DNA of 45,080 bases, taken from IMG/VR virus record IMGVR_UViG_3300026966_000012; one strand, given 5' to 3'. The position numbers and the translations under genes are program-made. The DNA is from a virus (lineage: Duplodnaviria > Heunggongvirae > Uroviricota > Caudoviricetes). The notes beneath the pieces are model-generated. The model was not told where the DNA came from, did no database searches, and saw nothing but the letters and a program-made list of their open reading frames with translations. Position 1 is the stretch's first letter; every line of letters begins with the position of its first letter. Shown here in pieces: positions 17,264 to 26,927 of this stretch.

Positions 17264-18091
17264 ATGGCCCGTGGGAAACCCGTCAACGGGACGGCGAAGA
17301 AACGCTACGATCTTGGCTCGTTCTTCCAGTACGAGCGCAACAAGGTCGAGAAGCGTGTGGTCACCGGGGACGAAGGACGTGGGGAGTACCCCCGTCTCGA
17401 GCTCTACGGCGACCTGAACGACGCCTTCGGTGGCGGACTCCCGTACGGGCTCACCACGTTCTACGGCGAAGGAGGCTCCGGTAAGTCGAAGATATGCCGG
17501 GAGATCGCATCCTCGGTGGCGAACATCCACGAGGACAAAGGTCCCGTCATCTACGTGGCCGCAGAGGCGGTCACCGACGTCCCGGAGCACAAGAACGTCA
17601 TCGGTCTCAAGTACACCGAGAACAAGCCGAAGTACAACAAGGCGGTGGACGAGATCCTCGGGTTCAGTCAGGAGCAGCAGCCGGTGTTGCTCGTGATCGA
17701 CAGCGCCACCAAGATGTTCTCGAAGACGGACAAAGCAGTCGAGGAGGCTGACGTCCGCTCCGCGCTGAGTCAAATCGAAGAACGCGCCGAAGGCAACCTC
17801 CCGGTCATTTGTACGAGCGAAGTCCGGGGGAGTCCGGGGTACACCTACCCTGCTGGCGGACAGGCTGTCGCACATGCCTGTGCCATGCTGGTTCGGATGC
17901 GCCGACACGAGGCGACCACGAAGCGCGAGGCCGAAGAACTGGGAGAGTCCATCGGGACGATCACGTGGACGATGAGTATCGAGAAGGACCGAGAGAATCA
18001 GGCTGACACGGCCCACCTGTTCAAGCCAGAGTACACCCGTCGTGGACTCAATCTGACCAAGTGGGAAGTGGACACGGATGTGGACCAGTAA
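17264..18091 (+). CDS. RecA-superfamily ATPase (RadB/KaiC-like)
   Basis: Walker A GEGGSGKS, Walker B LLVIDS; lacks the RadA N-terminal HhH domain. Confidence 0.85.
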   Translation: MARGKPVNGTAKKRYDLGSFFQYERNKVEKRVVTGDEGRGEYPRLELYGDLNDAFGGGLPYGLTTFYGEGGSGKSKICREIASSVANIHEDKGPVIYVAAEAVTDVPEHKNVIGLKYTENKPKYNKAVDEILGFSQEQQPVLLVIDSATKMFSKTDKAVEEADVRSALSQIEERAEGNLPVICTSEVRGSPGYTYPAGGQAVAHACAMLVRMRRHEATTKREAEELGESIGTITWTMSIEKDRENQADTAHLFKPEYTRRGLNLTKWEVDTDVDQ

Positions 18092-18193
18092 GATGGAGAC
18101 GCCGCAATCACTCATAGGGTGGCGCATCCCTCTCGCTGGACCGCTCACGGTCGATCAGCACATGCGAAACGGAGAGTCAACGGAGTGTCACTG

Positions 18194-19381
18194 ATGACGA
18201 AGATCGACCTATTCACCGACTACGTCGAATATCTCCAGTCAAAGGAGATCGCGTACGCAGAGACGTACATCCCCTACTACCTGTGTAGTGTGGGATGTCA
18301 CATGCTGAACATCAGGCAACAGAGCCTCAAACGGAACGGTAAGCGCGGTATCTACGCCGAGCTCGGGTCGTACCCGAACCTCCGGCTGAACACGATGATG
18401 GTCGCACCCCCGGGCTTTAGCAAGACGTTCTTCATGGAGCTGATGCTGGACCCGGACATCGGCATCATCGGCGGGACGACGATCCCGACGAAGATGGTCC
18501 AGAACATGACCGAGGCGGCGTTCGTCGGCTCCGATGGCGGGGGCGACGACGACGACTACGACATGGGCCTCGCGGAGAAGTACAAAGAGGGAATCCTGGG
18601 CTGTGAGGAGTTCGACTCCCTGGCGAAGGTCATGCAGACAGACCACTCAGGAAACCTCGACAACATGCTGCTCACCGCGCTGGACTCGGGCCGCGTCAGG
18701 AAAGACATGGCCCACGCGAACATCAACTACGACACCGACGTGACGCTGTTCGCAGCCACACAGCCCATGCGGATGGACCTGACGTCCGGGTTCGCCCGGC
18801 GGTTCATCTTCATGAAGTTCTACCCGTCGCCCGAGCAGATCAACGAGATGCGCCAGTCGAGGCGGCGCGGGCGGGGTCGTGACGCCGACTTCGGCCAGCT
18901 CCAGAAGTTCAAGAACGAGCTCGGGACGAAGTTCGATTCGAAGGTCGTCAACATCGACCAAGTACGCGGGCTGGAGCAGCTCGACAAAATCTTCGACGAC
19001 GTGCGAGTGCCGCACTTCGAGGAGAAGGTCTACGAGCGGATGGCGATGGGATATTCCGTCCTCAAAGAAGGGTCAGTCGAAGAAGACGCTGATACGACCT
19101 ACCTCGAGATCCAGCCGACGCGCGAGTTGCGCCACCTCCTGCGCCAGTCAATGGAGTGGCGTGACGCCCTGATGCAGGGTGTCGAAGGTGACCAGGTGAT
19201 CTCGGTCCTGCGAAACACGAAGGACCACTCGATGCCCAAAGAGGAGCTGAAATCGTTCCTCCAGATGTATTCGATGTCCCAACCGCAAGTGGACAAGATC
19301 ATCCAGGACCTGCGCCGCGCACGGATGGTTGAGACCGAGGTCGACAACAACAAGACGACATACGTGACTCTCAACGCCTGA
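18194..19381 (+). CDS. MCM-like AAA+ helicase
   Basis: Walker A APPGFSKT, MTEAAFVGS (h2i-like), GILGCEEFDSL (Walker B), FAATQP (sensor 1), FARRF (Arg finger); C-terminal wHTH-like region. Confidence 0.75.
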   Translation: MTKIDLFTDYVEYLQSKEIAYAETYIPYYLCSVGCHMLNIRQQSLKRNGKRGIYAELGSYPNLRLNTMMVAPPGFSKTFFMELMLDPDIGIIGGTTIPTKMVQNMTEAAFVGSDGGGDDDDYDMGLAEKYKEGILGCEEFDSLAKVMQTDHSGNLDNMLLTALDSGRVRKDMAHANINYDTDVTLFAATQPMRMDLTSGFARRFIFMKFYPSPEQINEMRQSRRRGRGRDADFGQLQKFKNELGTKFDSKVVNIDQVRGLEQLDKIFDDVRVPHFEEKVYERMAMGYSVLKEGSVEEDADTTYLEIQPTRELRHLLRQSMEWRDALMQGVEGDQVISVLRNTKDHSMPKEELKSFLQMYSMSQPQVDKIIQDLRRARMVETEVDNNKTTYVTLNA

Positions 19382-19452
19382 CCGCTCACTACCACCAGAA
19401 ACGAGAGCACGAACGCCCCTGGCCAGGGTCACATGGCCACCATACAACACGA

Positions 19453-20265
19453 ATGAACACAGTAGCGATTGACATCGAAACGACTGGACTCGCCGCCACC
19501 GACAAAGTGACTGTCGTCGGACTTGCCGACGATGAGCGGTACGAGATCCACTACAACGACGATAGCGGGCGGACCGCCTTCGACCATGACGACTTCGACT
19601 GGGAGTCGAACGACCGAGAGATCGAGCTCTACGGCTGGAGCACAGAGGAACGTCTCCTCACACGCCTGTCGGCCGCCACGAACCGGTTCGACCTGAACAA
19701 CGAAGCGCAGATGCTCGTCGGGTTCAACGCGGAGGGATTCGACTTCCCCATGCTCCGGACGAGGAAACTCGTGTACGGCGTCCCGTGGGCGTTCCGCGGG
19801 GTGAACTACCTCGACATCCAGGGGACGTACAAGTACGACTATCAGACAACGGCGATGGACATCCGCGGTTTCAACAAGAGTCCGCTCAAGAAGTTCGGTG
19901 ACCACCTCGGCGTCGACGTCAAATCCTCGTGGCGCAAGAAAGACATCCACAACGCGATCGAGGACCACGGGTACGACCACAGCGAGGTGATGGAGTACGC
20001 CAACACTATCGGACACGAAACGCCGACGAAGTCGCTCTCGACGCTGTCGGGTACACACGCCCTGTACGTCGAGATGGGCATCGTCGACGAGACGCCGTAC
20101 GACCCACTCGACGGCAACTCTGCACTTTGCTGTCAGCACTGGACTGATGGTGACCTGGAACCCGTGGTCAAACACAATCTATCAGATCTCAAAATGACTA
20201 TGGATCTTGTCGGGTTGGTCCCAGAGTACGTGCATGAGACGGAGTTACGAGTAACTCGTCTCTGA
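19453..20265 (+). CDS. DnaQ/RNase H-like 3'-5' exonuclease (PolB-exo related)
   Basis: ExoI IDIETTGL, ExoII FNAEGFDFP, ExoIII HNLSD. Confidence 0.85.
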   Translation: MNTVAIDIETTGLAATDKVTVVGLADDERYEIHYNDDSGRTAFDHDDFDWESNDREIELYGWSTEERLLTRLSAATNRFDLNNEAQMLVGFNAEGFDFPMLRTRKLVYGVPWAFRGVNYLDIQGTYKYDYQTTAMDIRGFNKSPLKKFGDHLGVDVKSSWRKKDIHNAIEDHGYDHSEVMEYANTIGHETPTKSLSTLSGTHALYVEMGIVDETPYDPLDGNSALCCQHWTDGDLEPVVKHNLSDLKMTMDLVGLVPEYVHETELRVTRL

Positions 20266-20345
20266 CATGTGGGCGAAATGCTTATGGATGTATCATAACA
20301 ACTATCGGATACAAAGCGGTAGACGGAACCGCTCCACCCGATACC

Positions 20346-20783
20346 ATGAGCAGCCCCGAAGAAATCGATATCGCCCATCAAAGCGACGACAGGACCGACA
20401 ACCCGACAGAGATCACCGACGTCACGATCTTGCATCCCGACGACTTCGCCGGGAAACTCAACGACTCGACGCTGTTCCAGCTCACGATCTTGCTGGCAAT
20501 CCAGAACCTCGCCGTTCGTGGCGAAGAAACGTACGGACTCGCGATCAAAGGAGAGCTCGAACGTATCTACCGGACGGCCGAGATCCACCACGGTCGCCTG
20601 TACCCAAACCTGGACACGCTCAAGGAGCGCGACCTGATCGTGAAGAAGCCCATCGACGACCGCGCCAACTCCTACCAGCTCACGCCTGGAGGCAAGGGCG
20701 TTCTCAAGCGGTACGCAGAGATGGTCGTCGGGCTGATCAACGGCGTCGAATACGACGAGATCACCGAAGGGCGCGTCGCGTAG
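20346..20783 (+). CDS. PadR-family transcriptional regulator
   Basis: YGLAIKGELE...HGRLYPNLDTLKERDLI...RANSYQLT, the haloarchaeal PadR wHTH signature. Confidence 0.9.
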   Translation: MSSPEEIDIAHQSDDRTDNPTEITDVTILHPDDFAGKLNDSTLFQLTILLAIQNLAVRGEETYGLAIKGELERIYRTAEIHHGRLYPNLDTLKERDLIVKKPIDDRANSYQLTPGGKGVLKRYAEMVVGLINGVEYDEITEGRVA

Positions 20784-20826
20784 ACCGTCCCGTTTGGACG
20801 TTTTCACACTGGAGTGATTGCACATC

Positions 20827-21357
20827 ATGAGCACGAGGTACGCACGAGCGAAAGAGATCGGCTTCCAGGAGTCTGAGTCGAATCCGGGCCTACTGTGGTG
20901 GTTCGTCAAAGCAGACGACTACAAGATCTTCATGGATTTCCGGGTCAAAGACGACCAGGGCGACTGGGACGGCTTCAATCCGGACATGCCGCCGCGAGTC
21001 TACGGCGCCGACGAAGACGAGAACGGTGACACCGTCTGGATAAACTCCTCTGGCGACACACGCGATCGGTGGAAAGAGGAGATAGAGGGCCACTGGGTCG
21101 TGAAGAAAGTCGAACACGAGTCCGGGCTCGACCAGGACCGGGGACAGACAGGTCTCGACTGGTTCACTGACGGGGAGATGTCAGAACAGGGATGTGCCTC
21201 CTGTGGGAAGTCGTACCCCGTCTCCGAGCTCGAGGATGGACTGTGCTTCGGCGAGGGCACCGAAGGATGCTACTTCGACGAGAACCCTGCTGAATTGTTC
21301 CGACAGGCGCGGCGGCGGAAAGATGAGATTCGGAGTGACAGGCGACAAGAAAACTAA
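20827..21357 (+). CDS. Hypothetical Zn-finger protein
   Basis: CASCG...GLC...GC near the C-terminus; acidic. Confidence 0.65.
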   Translation: MSTRYARAKEIGFQESESNPGLLWWFVKADDYKIFMDFRVKDDQGDWDGFNPDMPPRVYGADEDENGDTVWINSSGDTRDRWKEEIEGHWVVKKVEHESGLDQDRGQTGLDWFTDGEMSEQGCASCGKSYPVSELEDGLCFGEGTEGCYFDENPAELFRQARRRKDEIRSDRRQEN

Positions 21358-21360
21358 TAT
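21348..21360 (+). promoter_or_regulatory. Putative BRE/TATA upstream of primase
   Basis: AGAAAACTAATAT followed by GACTATCC, as in the other promoters. Confidence 0.4.
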
Positions 21361-21411
21361 CAGTACCATGACTATCCATCAACACACCTCCTGTGGAACG
21401 GAGTGTTAGAG

Positions 21412-22572
21412 ATGAGTACCGTTAGCCACGACGAGCTTGACGTGAGCGTGCCGCTCTACGTCGAGCTGTTCAAGACGAGAGACGACTGTTTCGCGATTCA
21501 GCGGCGCGACGGCGCGTACAGTCCGATCCACAAAGAGTTCGGGGCCAAAGAGGTCGAACAGCACGTTTCTGGTGAACGGACGTTCGGCCAGTACCTCGTG
21601 AAACCGGTCGACAACACGGTCAAAGTCGCAGCCATCGATAACGACATCGACGACGAGTCGGGCGCGCCGCTGGAGAACGCACTCGCAGCAGCCGTCCTGG
21701 AGAAGAAGCGTGCGATCAACTGGGGGCTCCGTCCGAATCAGGTGTGGATAGAGTTCTCCGGTCGGCGTGGGTACCACACGTGGTTCTTCTTCGACCCACC
21801 GATACAGGCCGCTCTCGCCAAGCAGTTCCTCGATCGACTGGTCGGAAACACGGAAGACAACCGGATGTCGGTCGACATCGATGGCGGGCACCTTGAGGTG
21901 TTCCCGAAACAGACAGCCCTCTTGGAAGGCGAGTACGGCAACCTGATCAAAACACCGTTCGGGTACCACCAGAAGACTGGCAAGCGCATGGTGTTCGTCG
22001 ACAACGACGGCACCCCAGTTGACGACCAGAACGCGATCTTGCGGGCCGCGCTCCGCAACCGCATCGAGCCAGACGTTGTTGGTGGTATCCTGGAGGAGTT
22101 TGGTGATGATGCAGAGCAGATCGTCCAGGTATCCGAAGCACAGGCCGCACGACGTGGCCGAGATAGTGCGGAGGTCGTCGACGAGTCACTCGGGATTCGG
22201 CCATGTATCGAGAAGGCGTTGCGCGGTGAGGCGGCGACGCCGAACGACCCTGAGGGACAGTTGCGCGGCGACGTTGGTCACAACGTGCGTGTCGCGGCGG
22301 CGACTGAGTTGTTGAACAACGGCGTCTCTGTCGACGAGGCGGTCGAGTATTTCCGCCGATTCGAGAACTTCGACGAGGAGATCACACGAACCAATCTGGA
22401 GAACATCAAACGGCTCGGTCACAAGCCATGGAGATGTGAAACACTGCGACAGAAGTGCGGTGCGTACGTCGAGGACTGCTCGTGTCCAAAGACGTCGGAC
22501 ATCGACCCGGTGACGTCGATGGAGCTGAACCACGAGCGATACGGAAACCAATGGAGTCAAACAGATGAATAG
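21412..22572 (+). CDS. Archaeo-eukaryotic primase fused to PriL-like C-terminal (Fe-S) domain
   Basis: AAIDND (motif I), EFSGRRGYHTW (motif II), EVFPKQ...GNLIKTPFG; C-terminal RPCI...HNVR...FDEEIT...PWRCETL...C..C like the primase large-subunit CTD. Confidence 0.85.
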   Translation: MSTVSHDELDVSVPLYVELFKTRDDCFAIQRRDGAYSPIHKEFGAKEVEQHVSGERTFGQYLVKPVDNTVKVAAIDNDIDDESGAPLENALAAAVLEKKRAINWGLRPNQVWIEFSGRRGYHTWFFFDPPIQAALAKQFLDRLVGNTEDNRMSVDIDGGHLEVFPKQTALLEGEYGNLIKTPFGYHQKTGKRMVFVDNDGTPVDDQNAILRAALRNRIEPDVVGGILEEFGDDAEQIVQVSEAQAARRGRDSAEVVDESLGIRPCIEKALRGEAATPNDPEGQLRGDVGHNVRVAAATELLNNGVSVDEAVEYFRRFENFDEEITRTNLENIKRLGHKPWRCETLRQKCGAYVEDCSCPKTSDIDPVTSMELNHERYGNQWSQTDE

Positions 22573-23059
22573 CGACGACGCAGCAAAGACAGTGAACATC
22601 CGCGTGAGCGCCTCCACCTGGGATAACCTCTCTGACGAGAATCGATCCGAGATCTGTCGCGAGGCCCTTCGGACAGCGTCGCAGATGAAGATTGACGCTG
22701 GAAAGGCGATGCGCTACGCGAATGAGTACGAGGCGTCGCTCGAGGAGCTGGACAAGGCACAGGCCAACGTCGACGTGAAGAAGCAGATGTTGGTCAACGA
22801 GCTCGAATCGTACAACTACGACGAACTGATCCTCGCCGATGATCTCCCCGACCCGTTCTCCGTGTTCGAGGAGACGCTGTTCTACTCGGCGAAGTACACA
22901 CGGACATACCTCAAATCCGGTCGCGACCACCAGTGGGTGATCAATGCGATCATCCAGGAGATGCGTGACGAGGGGAAGATGCTCCCGATTGGGATCGCGG
23001 AGTGGATCGTCGAGACTGTCGACGACGACATCGACTACGACGACGAAGATAGCAGTTAG
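22565..23059 (+). CDS. Ribbon-helix-helix domain protein
   Basis: KTVNIRVSASTWDNL...NRSEICREAL pattern at the N-terminus. Confidence 0.55.
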   Translation: MNSDDAAKTVNIRVSASTWDNLSDENRSEICREALRTASQMKIDAGKAMRYANEYEASLEELDKAQANVDVKKQMLVNELESYNYDELILADDLPDPFSVFEETLFYSAKYTRTYLKSGRDHQWVINAIIQEMRDEGKMLPIGIAEWIVETVDDDIDYDDEDSS

Positions 23060-23065
23060 CGGATA

Positions 23066-23072
23066 CTTTTTG
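23066..23072 (+). terminator. Possible oligo-T terminator
   Basis: CTTTTTG a few nt after the 23059 stop; archaeal terminators are U-tracts. Confidence 0.3.
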
Positions 23073-23098
23073 ATCACGTAACGTGTACGACTCTCATA

Positions 23099-23293
23099 GT
23101 GAGTGGTCAGTTTAGGAAACTTACCATAGCGCATGAACGTGTTCCACACAGGGGAGCCTACGCCATTCTATGCTACGGCTGTGGGACCCCACTCAGGATT
23201 CGGTGGGGAGACAACGCGACCGGGTTCGCCCAGTGCTCATGCGGACACCGGTTTGCCTACAAACACGTTTATTCGAAGTTCGTCAGAGCCTAA
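23099..23293 (+). CDS. Small Zn-ribbon protein
   Basis: CYGCG...CSCGH; GTG start; atypical composition. Confidence 0.45.
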   Translation: MSGQFRKLTIAHERVPHRGAYAILCYGCGTPLRIRWGDNATGFAQCSCGHRFAYKHVYSKFVRA

Positions 23294-23355
23294 AACGCTG
23301 TCTCACGGGCATATACGAGCTCATTTCGGCACTTTCCACGCCGGTCTACTTTCCA

Positions 23356-23388
23356 GACTGCAACCCCCACCCTCTGGATGTCGCAAAC
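23356..23388 (+). repeat. 33-bp C-rich intergenic element, copy 2
   Basis: GACTGCAACCCCCACCCTCTGGATGTCGCAAAC. Confidence 0.7.
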
Positions 23389-23493
23389 GTGCTTCCGACG
23401 CCTGTGATCGGACGTTGTCACGAGCAGTGAAAGAGGGTAGACACCGTCAAAACCGCTATACAGCGTCGTTATCGGTTCCTGATGTATCCTAAA

Positions 23494-23506
23494 AGAAACA
23501 CTTAAT
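23494..23506 (+). promoter_or_regulatory. BRE/TATA promoter
   Basis: AGAAACACTTAAT followed by CGCCTAC and AAGACTAC, shared with the 30188 promoter. Confidence 0.6.
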
Positions 23507-23586
23507 ACCCTATTTCGCCTACTAAAGACTACCCACAGCCCCCCGCCCTTGGAACGGACCGGTGGGCACCGTGGGACGGAGTGTCA

Positions 23587-26511
23587 ATGAGAAAAAACGA
23601 AACAGAAGCAGACGTTGGTCCCGAGGCCACGGAGGAGGCCCCGGGCGGGTCGATGCTTGACACCATCGAGCCAGTAGATGGCGAGTTGGGACCGGCCAAG
23701 CCGGAGCCGACGCCTGAGTTCCAGAAGGCTCGTCACGAGGTGGGCCAGAAGAACCTTCAGGCCGCCGATGAGGGGCACGCGCTCAACATCGCGTCGGGCT
23801 CTACCGGCTCGATCAAGCAGAAAGTCGACGACGAGGTTGTCCTCGACTATCTGTCGGATAAGATCTACGGCGGTCCCGATTCCACACTTCGCGAGTACCT
23901 CGCGAACGCAGAAACCGCTGTCATCCGCGGTGGTGAAGAAGAACTGAAGAACGAAGCGGGGTTCACGGATGACGACTTCTACGTGGTCGACGACGAGCAC
24001 CCGGAGTACGACCCCGACAACGCAGACGATGAGCAGCCAACGCGACGACTCTACCCGCGCGAGATCATCGAGCTCGCCCGGGAGCTTGCTGGTTTCGAGC
24101 CGACCATCGAGATCGAGTGGCACGAGGGAGACAAACTCCTCGTGATCCAGGATAACGGTATCGGCTTCACGCCACGCGAGGTGACGGACGTCCTCGCGGT
24201 CACGGGACACAGCGGTGTCCGGGACCGAGGTGACGTCTCCGGTCAGTTCGGGATGGGCGTGATGTCGGCCCACAAGATGGTCGGCAAGGAAGGTGCGTAC
24301 ACGCTGATTACGCGCACCCGAAGGCAAGACGTCCCTGAGTGGGCGCAGTCGTCGTTCGCGGCCTACTGCTACCTGGGCGGTTACGACCCCATCGAAGGCA
24401 ACCTCCCTGAGGGAAGTTACGGGACGCGATTCGAACTTCCAGTTCAGGAGGACCTCGACGACAACTACGGGTCACGGTACTCGGACACGCCCGTGGTCAC
24501 TGAATGGGTCGAGAAGTACGCCGAGTGGATGCGAGTGCCGGTCCTGTATCACCACTTCAAGGATGGCGATACCGTCCACGACGACGAGTTCGGGGAGCAG
24601 GAGTTCGCCGAGGGATACAACGGCGCGGTCCTCACGATCGACCGACCCGAGTTCCTCGCGAAGTCATACCCGAACGCGTCCAACGAGACGCTGTTGCTGT
24701 CGATGCCGATCAAGCGGAACTACAGCTATGCACCGCCGGACGCCCCGTGGAGCGTGGACATCCGACTCCGAAACGAAGGCGGCATCGTCGTCGAGGGTCC
24801 GCACCACGGACTCATGCCTGTCGACGATGCGGAGTACGAGGAGATGGACGCCGAGCGTCGCGAGAAGTTCGTCCGAAAGTCGGATCTGGAAGATGGCGAC
24901 GTGATGCTCCCGGAGCCGACGGCGTCGAGAGACGAGCTCCAGAAGAACGAAACGTTCTGGAAGTGGATCGGCGCTGAGTTCGACTCGCTCTACAAGTCTG
25001 AGATCGCGCGCTTCATCGACCTGGTCGACGACATCGACGATCTCGCTGAACTGGCTGTCGACGACCCGAACGGCTTCAGCTTCCTGATGGTGGGGCTGAA
25101 AAACATCAAGCACTACGCCATCGACGACGCGGCGGACCTCAAAGAGGAGCTGAAGAAGTCGCTCGACGCCGACAAGACCGAGGAGTTGTGCGGACAGCTT
25201 CTCGTGCTCCTCAGGGGTATCCAACTGGCTCCCCGTGGTCAGTCTGGGGTCTCGCGCAAGCGCAACCGCAAATCGGAGCGCACGTGGCGCGTCTTCCGTG
25301 ACGCGGCCGATGGCGGCGACGTCTACATGGGCGTCAACATCAACCAGAAGCGCGCCGAGGTGGCCTGGGAGACGCACGATAACAACCAGGTCGTTCGCGT
25401 CGACAAGGCCGCCGAGTACCCTGAGTTCGAGACATTGGGCTGGAAGATGCTCAAGGACGTGCCGATCTCGAAGGCATCGAAGAACGCGAGCAACTACAAG
25501 ATCCCCGACAAGGTCTCGACGGGTTCTGGTAAGTCCAACGCCGGTCTCGCGGCACCGGAGCGCGAGCTCACGATACGCCGTGATTCCGGCCAGGATAACA
25601 CGAAGAACTACGAAGTTGAGACCATCGAGCGAGAGCTCAGCGCGTACCACAAGTACGGGAAGGGAGACGGGCTCTACCTGGGATACAAGAAGTATGCCAC
25701 GGAGCTTGTCCTGTTCCCCAGTTCCACCGACCGGAACATGACGGACTGGTACAAAGTCATCAAGCCCCACGAGGGCCGGGCATGCGCCACCTGCATCAAC
25801 GGCGTGTACGACTACCTCAAGAACGTTCCCGGAGTTATGCACATAGACGACCTGATCGCCGACGCAGCCGACGTACAGCTCACGACCAGCGAAGGAGACA
25901 TGACCGTCTCGGACGCTGGCGACGAACTACTGATCCACATCGTCAACGACGACTATCTGGACCGCTTCCGCGAGCCGGAGATCATGAGCCGGCTGGCCGA
26001 GTGGCTCCACGAGTACCTGGAGGAAGACCAGCGATACGACGACTTCAGCTGGGACTACAGCAAGGACATGTATCCGGACAAGTTCATCTACGCACCCGTC
26101 GACCGAGATGCGTGGCGCCGCATCCAGCCCGGGTCGTTCGAGCACGACTACCTGGTGATCGGTGGCGACCTGCGAGCACGCAATTGTGGGTCGGACCACT
26201 ACCACGAGTTCCAGTCGGACGCCGAGCTGTACACGGTGGGTCGGTTCCACAACTGGGACGCTGACTCGCCCGAGATCATCTCGCTCAGGTCGCTGGCGGT
26301 GAGCCGGGACCCGGACCAGGCGTTCGCGCTCATAGACTCGATGGGGATACTCCACGATAACGGCGTCAAGCCGGCGTCCGAGCAGAACGGCCAGCCTGTC
26401 AAGCTCACGGTCGAGCAGCAGGGTGATCTCACCGAGACTGCACTCGATACCACCAGCGACGGTGGCCAGGACGTCCCCGAGCACGAGGCGCTGACCGACG
26501 GCGGCGAGTGA
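23587..26511 (+). CDS. Large GHKL (Hsp90/MORC-like) ATPase, rIIA-like
   Basis: Bergerat motifs LREYLANA, IQDNGIG, GQFGMG, GTRF at the N-terminus of a ~975-aa protein. Confidence 0.8.
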   Translation: MRKNETEADVGPEATEEAPGGSMLDTIEPVDGELGPAKPEPTPEFQKARHEVGQKNLQAADEGHALNIASGSTGSIKQKVDDEVVLDYLSDKIYGGPDSTLREYLANAETAVIRGGEEELKNEAGFTDDDFYVVDDEHPEYDPDNADDEQPTRRLYPREIIELARELAGFEPTIEIEWHEGDKLLVIQDNGIGFTPREVTDVLAVTGHSGVRDRGDVSGQFGMGVMSAHKMVGKEGAYTLITRTRRQDVPEWAQSSFAAYCYLGGYDPIEGNLPEGSYGTRFELPVQEDLDDNYGSRYSDTPVVTEWVEKYAEWMRVPVLYHHFKDGDTVHDDEFGEQEFAEGYNGAVLTIDRPEFLAKSYPNASNETLLLSMPIKRNYSYAPPDAPWSVDIRLRNEGGIVVEGPHHGLMPVDDAEYEEMDAERREKFVRKSDLEDGDVMLPEPTASRDELQKNETFWKWIGAEFDSLYKSEIARFIDLVDDIDDLAELAVDDPNGFSFLMVGLKNIKHYAIDDAADLKEELKKSLDADKTEELCGQLLVLLRGIQLAPRGQSGVSRKRNRKSERTWRVFRDAADGGDVYMGVNINQKRAEVAWETHDNNQVVRVDKAAEYPEFETLGWKMLKDVPISKASKNASNYKIPDKVSTGSGKSNAGLAAPERELTIRRDSGQDNTKNYEVETIERELSAYHKYGKGDGLYLGYKKYATELVLFPSSTDRNMTDWYKVIKPHEGRACATCINGVYDYLKNVPGVMHIDDLIADAADVQLTTSEGDMTVSDAGDELLIHIVNDDYLDRFREPEIMSRLAEWLHEYLEEDQRYDDFSWDYSKDMYPDKFIYAPVDRDAWRRIQPGSFEHDYLVIGGDLRARNCGSDHYHEFQSDAELYTVGRFHNWDADSPEIISLRSLAVSRDPDQAFALIDSMGILHDNGVKPASEQNGQPVKLTVEQQGDLTETALDTTSDGGQDVPEHEALTDGGE

Positions 26512-26513
26512 GC

Positions 26514-26852
26514 ATGGCCTGGACAGAAGCCAGTCGGACAGACCCGGAGCGATACGAAGTGACCGGCTGGGACATCGAGATGAACGGCGACAGGCTACAC
26601 ATGGCGACGGCAACTGTCGCGACCAACGTCGGCACCAGCTCGCGAACGAAGGTTCGATTCAAAGTCCACAACGGTGGGCGAGCGGTGCTCCACGAGGTCG
26701 AAGACGCCGACAGTCTGGCGCTGGACGTGCTGACGACAGTCCTCGCAATCGCCGAGGCACACGCGACTGACGTGGCCGGTATCGAGAGCGTCGACAGTGT
26801 GGCCGACCGCGTCCGTCGTGTCAACAGGCGACTCGAAGCTGTGGAGGCGTGA
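26514..26852 (+). CDS. Hypothetical protein
   Basis: Coupled to the GHKL gene (GTG 26508 or ATG 26514). Confidence 0.6.
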   Translation: MAWTEASRTDPERYEVTGWDIEMNGDRLHMATATVATNVGTSSRTKVRFKVHNGGRAVLHEVEDADSLALDVLTTVLAIAEAHATDVAGIESVDSVADRVRRVNRRLEAVEA

Positions 26853-26867
26853 AACATCATGTCCTCG

Positions 26868-26887
26868 GAAGTATCAGAAACCTTAAC
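26868..26887 (+). promoter_or_regulatory. BRE/TATA promoter
   Basis: GAAGTATCAGAAACCTTAAC; first 17 bp identical to 41233-41249. Confidence 0.65.
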
Positions 26888-26927
26888 ATCGCCTACCACC
26901 AAGAAAGGTCACACACGGGACCAAGAA

